Below are positions 1-8,123 of a DNA stretch of 59,189 nucleotides, piece by piece (positions within the stretch are counted from its first letter, which is position 1; every line of letters begins with the position of its first letter). Made by a program: the position numbers and the translations under genes. The notes beneath the pieces are model-generated. The model searched no databases. It was not told the DNA's origin and worked only from the letters and a program-made list of their open reading frames with translations. The DNA is from Tannerellaceae bacterium. GTDB taxonomy: Bacteria; Bacteroidota; Bacteroidia; Bacteroidales; Tannerellaceae. The DNA lies in assembly GCA_031266215.1 (NCBI GenBank), contig JAISBL010000082.1, positions 1 to 59,189 on the forward strand. Direction: 5' to 3'.

Positions 1-101
1 ACTTCCTCGCCGATAATGGCCGAAAGGAAGGCTTTTGCAACACGGTTGTCTTCTATCATAAACTTGAAGACTACATCGTATATTGGATTAGCTATATGCA
101 T
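1..101 (-). CDS. 5' part of Rpn/PD-(D/E)XK nuclease-transposase-like hypothetical protein (runs off the window)
   Basis: Hand translation from ATG at 101: MHIANPIYDVVFKFMIEDNRVAKAFLSAIIGEE; the NPxYDxVFK start is typical of this family. Confidence 0.6.
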   Translation of the reverse strand, partial: MHIANPIYDVVFKFMIEDNRVAKAFLSAIIGEE

Positions 102-198
102 GAACGTCTCGCTTTTTTAGTTATCGAACACAAAAATAGTACATTATATTGAGATTTTAGAATGTCTACATCTAACCTGACTGAAATATGACGGGAAT

Positions 199-260
199 AA
201 TACCCCCGGCAAAAAGAAAAGAAATGTATAAGTTTACTTTTTCTTTTTACCGGGGGTATT
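199..260. repeat. Long imperfect inverted repeat (~23-bp arms)
   Basis: AATACCCCCGGCAAAAAGAAAAG (199-221) pairs with CTTTTTCTTTTTACCGGGGGTATT (237-260); lies just downstream of the integrase remnant. Confidence 0.85.
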
Positions 261-276
261 TCCGCCCGTATTTGTC

Positions 277-540
277 TTATTCCGGCATTTTTACAGGTTC
301 CCTTTTCATATCTTCATCAATATCACGGTAGCGGGCAAAAGCCTGGCTTCCATCTTTGTGACCCGAAAGAGCGCCAACAAGGTTGGGATTTTTTACCTGC
401 TTATACAGATTGCCAACAAAACACCGGCGGGCAAGATGGGATGATGCTATTTCACTGATGGGACGCTTCTCCTCTTCCCGTGTTGCCGGATTGAGAACCG
501 TCACAATGCGTGTTATCCCTGACAGTTCGAATATCTCTTT
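277..540 (-). pseudogene. C-terminal remnant of a tyrosine recombinase/integrase
   Basis: KEIFELSGITRIVTVLNPATREEEKRPISEIASSHLARRCFVGNLY...LSGH...ARY retains HxxR, SGH and the catalytic Tyr; in-frame TAA at 541-543 upstream and no N-terminal part. Confidence 0.8.
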
Positions 541-578
541 TTACGCTCAACGTTAAGCATACATTGGAGCAGGCGCTT

Positions 579-930
579 GCTCCATATCGTTGCTAGTGTT
601 AGCACCACACTGTTGCTAGTATTAGCACCACACTGTTGCTAGTGTTAGCACCACACTGTTGCTAGCGTTAGCACCACACCGTTGCAAGCACTTGCACCAC
701 ATCGTTGCAAGCGTTAGCACCACACTGTTGCAAGCGTTAGCACCACATCGTTGCAAGCACTTGCACCACACCGTTGCAAGCGTTAGCACCACACCGTTGC
801 AAGCGCTTGCACCACACTGTTGCCAGCACTGGCACCACATCGTTGCCAGCGTTGGCTACACACCGGCGCAAGCGTTTGCTCCATACAAGAACAAGCGCCT
901 GCTGCACATCGTGCAGGCGTTGGCTCCACA
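579..930. repeat. Tandem array of ~15 23-bp units (GCACCACAYYGTTGCWAGCRYTW)
   Basis: Units start at 579, 602, 625 ... 901; perfect palindrome TGCAAGCGCTTGCA at 798-811 across a unit junction; last units degenerate. Confidence 0.95.
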
Positions 931-1131
931 TGTCTCCGAACTGAACTTTAAGCTTGTGATGGCTGAATGGACCGATGACGATATCGACGACCCACCTGCC
1001 TTTGAAGAGTGAAGCCCGCGGCAGGGTTTAACGCAAGCGACAGAGGCGCTCTGCCTTATGGGACAGAAGTGTTCATCACTATGCGACCGAACCGTTCACC
1101 CCTTCGCCTCGCCTATTTTTGCTGAAATTCG

Positions 1132-1254
1132 CTATGGAACATAACATCGATCTATCCATAGTATTTTTGCATAAGGAGTAAATAGAACTTTCATAGCTCT
1201 TTTGAAGTTAAATGCCGCCGCTGCCAACATAGCATTAATAGCATCTCCCTGCAA
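1132..1254 (-). pseudogene. C-terminal fragment of an IS5-family transposase
   Basis: Hand translation LQGDAINAMLAAAAFNFKRAMKV...; GDxxNxxLAAAAxNxKR is characteristic of IS5-type DDE transposase C-termini. Confidence 0.7.
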
Positions 1255-1269
1255 ATCAGCTCACCGACG

Positions 1270-2271
1270 TCATTGCAAACGTGTACGAAATCGGATTTTT
1301 GCTCTTATACCATGATACGCCCGGTGCAGAATGACAGGAATGACGAGCCCTGACGCGATAACGATGATCGCCTGAAGGATAAAGTAGAAGGTGTTATTCC
1401 AGTACAAACCAACTGATATTCCGGCGAGACAGGCTTTGGCCAGTCCTTCAAAGGTGGTATGCAGCAGATAAATTGTGTAGGAATACACAGATAAACCAAG
1501 GAACAGGCGTTTGAATAAACCCTCTTTCGATTCCAGACACCTGGATATATAAAGGATAAGGAAGATACCCGAAACGGCTAAACCCAGATGGATAAAGGGT
1601 GATATAAGCGCGCTCTGAGAACCGGGATACAGGTTTTCAATCATAAAGAGTACTGAAAAAACCATGAAAAGCAGTACGGGAGATATCTTTTCTGCTGCCG
1701 CCCTGGCATGTATCTCCTGAAACATAATGCATCCCAAAACGAAATAAACAAGATTTACTCTTAAGTATTCCATGCAAAACAGTCTGGTGAAAGATACCGG
1801 AAGTATAAAGAGAATGAGTGAGGCGACGAAAAGGAAAACAAGCTTTTTCCCCGTACTGAAAAAAGGTATAATCAGAAAGATAAAAAACAAGGTGTAGACA
1901 AACCAAAGGAAGGCGCCGGCGGAAGGGAGGTAGAATATTTCGTAGAAAGAGGATAGCGAAACCGGGTTTTCGACATGCAAGTCTCGTTCGGTAAGCAGTT
2001 TGATCGAGATAACGAATAATGATACCAAAAAATAGGGAATCATCAGGCGGTTGAATTTCTTACGGACAAATTCCTTATACCGGATTGTTTCACGGAACGA
2101 AAGTCGGTAGACATATCCGCTGACAAACATGAAAAGCGGCATGTGAAAGCTGTAAATGGCGTCGTGCAACGTAACGTACCACGCTGGCGAGTCTTCGGGG
2201 ATGTAGTGGCCCACGACAACCAGAATAATGCAAACAGCCCGCGCTATCTCTATGTATGTGATTCGTTTCAT
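1270..2271 (-). CDS. Acyltransferase family 3 (polysaccharide O-acyltransferase)
   Basis: 333 aa multi-TM protein; R..YIEIARAVCIILVVVGH and YSFHMPLFMFVSGY motifs. Confidence 0.9.
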   Translation of the reverse strand: MKRITYIEIARAVCIILVVVGHYIPEDSPAWYVTLHDAIYSFHMPLFMFVSGYVYRLSFRETIRYKEFVRKKFNRLMIPYFLVSLFVISIKLLTERDLHVENPVSLSSFYEIFYLPSAGAFLWFVYTLFFIFLIIPFFSTGKKLVFLFVASLILFILPVSFTRLFCMEYLRVNLVYFVLGCIMFQEIHARAAAEKISPVLLFMVFSVLFMIENLYPGSQSALISPFIHLGLAVSGIFLILYISRCLESKEGLFKRLFLGLSVYSYTIYLLHTTFEGLAKACLAGISVGLYWNNTFYFILQAIIVIASGLVIPVILHRAYHGIRAKIRFRTRLQ

Positions 2272-2273
2272 CC

Positions 2274-3362
2274 CTACGTTATCAGGTCATATACGCGGAT
2301 GGTTTCAGAGGCGATGGTATCCCAGTTATACGGAGACAGGTCGTAGCTCTGCTCCGGGTTTTTCTTCTTTAACTGCAAAAGCATCTTATCTCTAAAGTCG
2401 TTCCAGTCGTTAAGGCGGAAATAAGAATCGGCCTCCAGTTTCATGGCAAGGTTTGCCGGTATGTCGCTGACCAGGGCCTTACGTTTGTAACTCATCGCTT
2501 CGAGCAGCGTAATGGGAAGCCCTTCGTGCGAAGAGGGGAGGACGAACAGGGCGGCGTGCGAATACAGCTCGGCCAGCTTCCTGCCCTTGACCATGCCGGT
2601 CAGCACTACGTTCTTTGCCTTCGCCTTTGCTTTCAGTTCCCGCGAGTAGGCGGTCTCAATATCAGAATCTCCTGCGATGACCAGCCGCAGGGCGCTCCCT
2701 GATGCTGCAAAAACGTCAATCAGCCGGTCGAAGTTCTTCTCTTTCACAAACCGCCCTACCGCGAGCACATATTGCAGCGGAGCCAGGTTGAGGCTTTCAA
2801 GGTAATCGGTGTAAGTGACGAGCCCGGGCAGATTCACGCCGTTGTGTATCAGGTGAACATGACTGGTGCGGTTATACCTGCTTTTCAGTATATGGACTAT
2901 GATAGGGGAGATGGCGATGATCTCATCGGCAAAATGCGCTGCGAAACATTCCCCTGCCTTGATGATAATCCGGGCGAAGGCGCCCCACTTCTTTCGTTCG
3001 TAATCAGGCCCATGATGCGTTACAACCACTTTAAGTCCCATCAATCTGGCTACCGGGATTACTATGGAAGGCCCTACGCCGTGAATGTGCAACACATCGG
3101 CCTTCACCCGCCTGGCATAAAAGACGCTTAACAGGGAGTGGATGGCGCTTTCAACACCAACGATCTTGGGAGCGTTTATGTCTTTGAACTTCACCTTCCG
3201 GTACGACAGAGACGAGCGGTCGGTCACGTACCTGCTTCTCCTTACCACCGTCACGTCCATTCCCTCGTAAAGGGCCACCCTAGGGTACAGTTCCTCGCAA
3301 TGCGTTTCTATCCCGCCCTGTATATCAGGAAATCCTCTTGTTCCGGTAACTACTATTTTCAT
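2274..3362 (-). CDS. Glycosyltransferase family 4
   Basis: GTRGFP..GGIETH N-terminus; GRFVKEK; SHEGLPITLLEAMS. Confidence 0.92.
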   Translation of the reverse strand: MKIVVTGTRGFPDIQGGIETHCEELYPRVALYEGMDVTVVRRSRYVTDRSSLSYRKVKFKDINAPKIVGVESAIHSLLSVFYARRVKADVLHIHGVGPSIVIPVARLMGLKVVVTHHGPDYERKKWGAFARIIIKAGECFAAHFADEIIAISPIIVHILKSRYNRTSHVHLIHNGVNLPGLVTYTDYLESLNLAPLQYVLAVGRFVKEKNFDRLIDVFAASGSALRLVIAGDSDIETAYSRELKAKAKAKNVVLTGMVKGRKLAELYSHAALFVLPSSHEGLPITLLEAMSYKRKALVSDIPANLAMKLEADSYFRLNDWNDFRDKMLLQLKKKNPEQSYDLSPYNWDTIASETIRVYDLIT

Positions 3363-4582
3363 GCGTTATGATTATGAATGACGTTATTATAGAGTGACAT
3401 TAGTTTTTGGTAATAAGCCTCCCGACCGAAGTTGTCAGTTGCGAAAGACTGCGCCTCACGGCACATTGACGCGTATGCTTCGCCGGGCATAGAGAGGGCT
3501 TTCACGATCGTTTCCCTGAGCTGTTCCACCTGCCTGGGTTCAAACAGATAGCCGCTGACGCCTTCCTCTATGAGTTCGGGTATTCCTCCTATGCGGCTCC
3601 CGATTACGGGCGTTCCCAGGGTCATTGATTCTATTACAGACATGGGGTTGTTTTCGTACCATTCCGAAGGTACTACGACAAAGCGCGCCCTTCGGATATA
3701 GCCGTACAGATCGTCGCCCGACTTAAAGCCGGTAAACTCTACGTTACGGGGGCTTTGGCTTTTCAGGCTTTCCAGCAGAGGGCCTGTCCCCACGATCTTG
3801 AGATGCACATCCGGACATAGCCTCATGGCTGCCATCAGGGCAGGTATCCCTTTTTCTTCCGATATACGCCCTATATAGAGCAGGTAGTTGTCTTTAGCAG
3901 ATATTCCTGTCTGCTGAAGGGATGTGAAATTAGACAGGACAGTTGCTTTCTCCGCGTACTTCGCCGAGAACTCAATATGCTTATCGCTGGCAAACCTGCT
4001 GACGAATATAAAACGGTCTATATAGTCTGTGGGCGATATGACATACTTCCTGAAATAACTGTCCGCCGTAAGCATCAGGCTATTGAGAAAACGCCCCTTT
4101 GAGCATTGGTTAACAAGACAGTTATAGTAATGCCCCGTCCTGCAACGTTCGCAAACAGCCCCTTTGCCGTCTGTAAAAAGATATGCCGGGCAGATCAGCC
4201 GGTAATCATGCACCGTCATTACCACAGGGATGCGGTGTTTCTTCAGAACCGGCAGGATGGAGACCGACAGGCTGTTGAATAAAAGATGTATGTGTGCAAT
4301 GTCAGGCCGCTCGTCCCTGAGAAGCCTGTCAAGCTGTCGCGCCGCCGTGCGGTTGTATACAAAAGACGTTATATACCTCGCCTTATCCCACAGTCCGGAC
4401 TCTGACAGCTCCGGGTATGGCACAAAATAAGACTCATAGGGGCTGGGCCGGTTCTTTTTGTCCTTCAGACAGAATGGCGCTACCGTATGCCCGTGCTGCT
4501 CCAATAGCTGTATGGTGTTAAAAAATACCGTCTCGGCGCCTCCCTTGAGATAGAAATACTTATTGATCTGCAATACTTTCAT
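3359..4582 (-). CDS. Glycosyltransferase family 4
   Basis: MKVLQINKYFYLKGGAE start (ATG 4582 preferred over 4612); GRISEEKG; ENNPMSVIES. Confidence 0.92.
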   Translation of the reverse strand: MKVLQINKYFYLKGGAETVFFNTIQLLEQHGHTVAPFCLKDKKNRPSPYESYFVPYPELSESGLWDKARYITSFVYNRTAARQLDRLLRDERPDIAHIHLLFNSLSVSILPVLKKHRIPVVMTVHDYRLICPAYLFTDGKGAVCERCRTGHYYNCLVNQCSKGRFLNSLMLTADSYFRKYVISPTDYIDRFIFVSRFASDKHIEFSAKYAEKATVLSNFTSLQQTGISAKDNYLLYIGRISEEKGIPALMAAMRLCPDVHLKIVGTGPLLESLKSQSPRNVEFTGFKSGDDLYGYIRRARFVVVPSEWYENNPMSVIESMTLGTPVIGSRIGGIPELIEEGVSGYLFEPRQVEQLRETIVKALSMPGEAYASMCREAQSFATDNFGREAYYQKLMSLYNNVIHNHNA

Positions 4583-5861
4583 CAGCGAAGCTTTGTTTGT
4601 CGTTAAACGCATATAGTTCCTGTTTCATCCCGGCAAGCACCAGTCCCAGCAGCATCATTGAGAAAACGCCGTCATTGGCTATGAACGTAGGATTTGCAAT
4701 ACCCTCAATCGCCAGGAACCCTATGATCAGGGATACTATAATGAGGCAGTGAAGGTTCCGGGTCTTTATGTAGAAATGTAATGCCCTGCGCAGGATATAA
4801 AGCCAGAACAAAATGTACATGACGACACCGGCCACTCCGAACTGGGCGAGCGAAGGGTAGTAAGTATCGGCTACAAAGCTGTAATAGCTCCTTGAAATCC
4901 CCCATACGCCGTCTATACCGTACTTAACATAAATATCGGAGTAATACAGGCCTGAAGCGTACGTTGCATAACTGGCCAGTCCGCTGCCAAAGGGGAAATA
5001 ATCGCGAAATATCTCAGGAGAAGTGGCATAAAGGACATACCGCGCGACCATATCTTTTTCCACATCACCAGCCACCGCCTGATAGAAATATAAATATATC
5101 TTTTCCCAGGCCACGAGCGTAATAACCACAAGCATACAGACAATAACCAATACGTTGCGCACATTCCACCTGAACATTTTGGCATTCGAGAAGAATATGA
5201 CGATGAAAACCGCCATTGCGTAAAAGCCGTAAAACTTGGAACGCCCCGACAGTATACCGATAGATAGCATTATGAGGAAAACCAGCTTGTCCAGCGAAGT
5301 AAAGCGGCTGCAATAAAAATAGCATAGCGAGGTCAGTATCACAGCCGAGGCGTAATACGAGTCATGTGACATAGTCAGCTTTATCATGTCGGGATAGAAA
5401 AGGCTCGAAAGTCCTATTACAAGTAATACGCCCCAATATATAAAGGAGACCGATCTCAGGATCGATCTCTGATTCCTGTCGAGCGACGGCATCATGGAGT
5501 AAGCGCAGAAGAAAGCCAGATAAGGCTTTATCTGTATGAACAGGTCGCTCATGATCCCTCCCGCGCTGTTACTATGTATATATAATGAATAGAAGACGTA
5601 AAAAGCAAAAACGGCAAGCGTTGTCAGGAAAGCCTTGTTCATTTCCCAATCCTTTTTAGTAAACAGGAAGATGGCGAACAAAACGAAAATAAGCAGGGCG
5701 CAGATCTCATCGGTATAAGCAAACCCCAGTACGGCCAGGATGATATTATACAGTAAGACTCCGAAGGTTAACGTAAAAAGGAATACGATATAAAAATACT
5801 TGCTGATATATGTTTGTATCATTCGAGGTAGTTGCTTTAGTACTTTATTAAACGCAGCCAC
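4560..5861 (-). CDS. O-antigen ligase/polymerase (Wzy/WaaL-like) membrane protein
   Basis: Multi-TM; SGRSKF, PFGSGLASY and LAQFGVAG motifs; upstream of the GT genes; start could be 5822. Confidence 0.7.
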   Translation of the reverse strand: MAAFNKVLKQLPRMIQTYISKYFYIVFLFTLTFGVLLYNIILAVLGFAYTDEICALLIFVLFAIFLFTKKDWEMNKAFLTTLAVFAFYVFYSLYIHSNSAGGIMSDLFIQIKPYLAFFCAYSMMPSLDRNQRSILRSVSFIYWGVLLVIGLSSLFYPDMIKLTMSHDSYYASAVILTSLCYFYCSRFTSLDKLVFLIMLSIGILSGRSKFYGFYAMAVFIVIFFSNAKMFRWNVRNVLVIVCMLVVITLVAWEKIYLYFYQAVAGDVEKDMVARYVLYATSPEIFRDYFPFGSGLASYATYASGLYYSDIYVKYGIDGVWGISRSYYSFVADTYYPSLAQFGVAGVVMYILFWLYILRRALHFYIKTRNLHCLIIVSLIIGFLAIEGIANPTFIANDGVFSMMLLGLVLAGMKQELYAFNDKQSFADESIADQ

Positions 5862-6067
5862 CCGCTGTTTAGTATAGCGAGAGTTTCAGACATAAGAGAA
5901 AAGCCGGCCTCCCGCACTGACGTTTTAGGGATGCCTCTCACACGAATATGAGGTGTTTAGGGCATAAAACAAAACGTGTATAATCAGAAAAAACAGAAGG
6001 CATCGCCTGTTGATATTCTACCGAAAACACCCGGACCTCAATAAGGGCGCCATAACCTACCACCCCG

Positions 6068-6172
6068 GACTGTCCGAAAACTAAATTTAAGCTCCGGAGA
6101 GTCGCATATTTGCGTTTGTGCTCAGGCAGGCGCCCGAATAAAAAAGCCCTGCCGGCTAGTTCCCGTACAGCC
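6068..6172. mobile_element. MITE-like 105-bp module, copy 1
   Basis: Ends GACTGTCCGAAAACTA / TAGTTCCCGTACAGCC form imperfect TIRs; near-identical to 6714-6818 and 49881-49984. Confidence 0.7.
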
Positions 6173-6271
6173 TCTCCCGCGTCATAATCTTTCGGAGCGA
6201 AACGAATGCCACACGGGCGGATACCCTTCTCAGGGTGTTTTCTTCGTCGGCGCCGGCGGGGCGCTGACTGT

Positions 6272-6713
6272 CGGCCGTACACTGCAAAAGCCGGAGGTTA
6301 CTGTATTCCCGGCGCCCCTTTTCTGCGTCTGCTATGCGTACCTTTCCTCCTGAATTCATTATACACTACTTTATAAACCCTTCACACGCCCTGTGTGGAC
6401 AACCCACACGCTACTGTATTAGATTCTCACAGTTATGCCTGTTGGCTCCCCACAGTTATGCCTGTGGGCTATCCACAGTTATGCCTGTTGGCTATCCACA
6501 GTTATGCCTGTTTGCTCCCCACAGTTATGCCTGTTGGTTCTCCACAGTTATGCCTGTGGGCTATCCACAGTTATGCCTGTGGGCTATCCACAGTTATGCC
6601 TGTTGGCTCCACACAGTTATAACTGTGGATTCATCATGACCCGGGTTCGATGCAGGAGAATCAACGGCTCCTCCACGTCGTCATTGCTGCCTCCCTTACC
6701 GTCCTCCCCCCCA
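6272..6713 (+). repeat. Modular repeat element, locus 1 (A x1, linker, B x9)
   Basis: Leader 6272-6382; A unit 6383-6404; linker CACACGCTACTGTATTAGATTCT 6405-6427; nine 23-bp CACAGTTATGCCTGTKGGCTATC-type units 6428-6634; shared tail to 6713. Confidence 0.92.
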
Positions 6714-6818
6714 TACTGTCCAAAAACTAAATTTAAGCTCCGGAGAGTCGCATATTTGCGTTTGTGCTCAGGCAGGCGCCCGAATAAAAAAGCCCTGCCG
6801 GTTAGTTCCCTGACAGCC
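6714..6818. mobile_element. MITE-like 105-bp module, copy 2
   Basis: TACTGTCCAAAAACTAA ... TTAGTTCCCTGACAGCC; direct repeat of 6068-6172. Confidence 0.7.
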
Positions 6819-6966
6819 CCCTCCACTGCGGATTATGTTTATGCGGTACCGATTGCCTTTCATTAACCCGGATTAAGCAATAGGTTTTTCTAATGCTTAG
6901 CATTTCTTAATCCCGGACTCAGGGGATTATTTCCTGTGTAATTACTGTGACTTATCGATTTATTTC

Positions 6967-6974
6967 TATTTTTG
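6967..6974 (+). promoter_or_regulatory. Bacteroidota -7 promoter box for the efflux operon
   Basis: TATTTTTG matches TAnnTTTG, ~65 bp before the MFP gene. Confidence 0.55.
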
Positions 6975-7039
6975 CGAACCCACTGTAAATAATTATGTTA
7001 TACGGGGAAATGCGTAATTAATCCTTAAATGTAAAAAGC

Positions 7040-8104
7040 ATGCACACTTATACTATTATGCGAAGCCTGACGCTGCTGACGCTGCTGGCGGCCTGTTCGG
7101 GGGGTAAGCAGGAGAGCGGGGAAGGGAATGTGGAAACTATACTGCCCGAATCTTCAGGCGAAGTAAGCATCATGACCCTGGAACGAACGAATTTTCATCA
7201 CGAACTTGTAAGTAACGGCAAACTGACGGCTTTGCAGTATGCCGACCTTAGATTTGAGTCGGCTGAACCGGTGGCCGCTGTCTGGGTGAAGAATGGCGAC
7301 CGGGTGACGAAGGGGCAGAAGCTGGCCGAACTGGAAACCTTTCGCCTGAGTAACCGTACGGCTCAGGCTAAGGATGCTCTCGACAGGGCCAGGCTGGATA
7401 TGCAGGATGTGCTGATAGGTCAGGGATACGCTCCGGCCGATTCTGCTGCTACGCCTGCCGGGACCATGCAGTTGGCGCGCACCCGTAGCGGGTACGACCA
7501 GGCGCTGGCCCAGTACCAACTGGCCGCTCATGAGGAAGAACTGGCTGTGCTGAAGGCGCCTTTTGACGGCGTAGTGGCCAATCTCTTCGCCAAGCCTTAC
7601 AATATGGCGTCTACGCAGGAGACGTTTTGCACCATCATAGATGCCAGCCGTGCGGAGGCGTCTTTTACTGTCATGGAGGGCGAGTTGCCTCTTATCAGGA
7701 AGGGCGACAGGGTTGAGGTGGCCCCTTTCTTTGCCACGGCGGACGGCAGTGTGACTGGTACTATTACGGAGATCAACCCGCTGGTGGACGCCGGCGGTAT
7801 GGTGCGCGTCAAAGCGTCGGTGGATAACCGGGGGCAGTTGTTCGAAGGGATGAACATACGCGTAAGCGTGCAGCGCTCGGTACCGGGACAACTGGTGGTT
7901 CCCAAGACGGCGGTAGTCATACGGTCGGGCAAGCAGGTGGCTTTCACGCTTGTGGACGGGAAGGCTTATTGGAACTACGTGCAGACCGGACTGGAGAATG
8001 CTTTGCATTACACCATCACAGAAGGACTGGAGGAAGGCAGTACAGTGATCACGAGCGGTAATATCAACCTGGCGCACGAGTCTGCGGTGAGGGTCGCCAA
8101 CTGA
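7040..8104 (+). CDS. RND efflux periplasmic adaptor (MFP), lipoprotein
   Basis: LLAAC lipobox; VKNGDRVTKGQKLAEL and LKAPFDGVV lipoyl-like halves. Confidence 0.93.
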   Translation: MHTYTIMRSLTLLTLLAACSGGKQESGEGNVETILPESSGEVSIMTLERTNFHHELVSNGKLTALQYADLRFESAEPVAAVWVKNGDRVTKGQKLAELETFRLSNRTAQAKDALDRARLDMQDVLIGQGYAPADSAATPAGTMQLARTRSGYDQALAQYQLAAHEEELAVLKAPFDGVVANLFAKPYNMASTQETFCTIIDASRAEASFTVMEGELPLIRKGDRVEVAPFFATADGSVTGTITEINPLVDAGGMVRVKASVDNRGQLFEGMNIRVSVQRSVPGQLVVPKTAVVIRSGKQVAFTLVDGKAYWNYVQTGLENALHYTITEGLEEGSTVITSGNINLAHESAVRVAN

Positions 8105-8123
8105 AAAACCCAAAGACAGAGAG

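Noticed and set aside
6640-6655. tRNA-like GGGTTCGAT in the element tail
   Set aside because: No T-stem or cloverleaf can be built around it.
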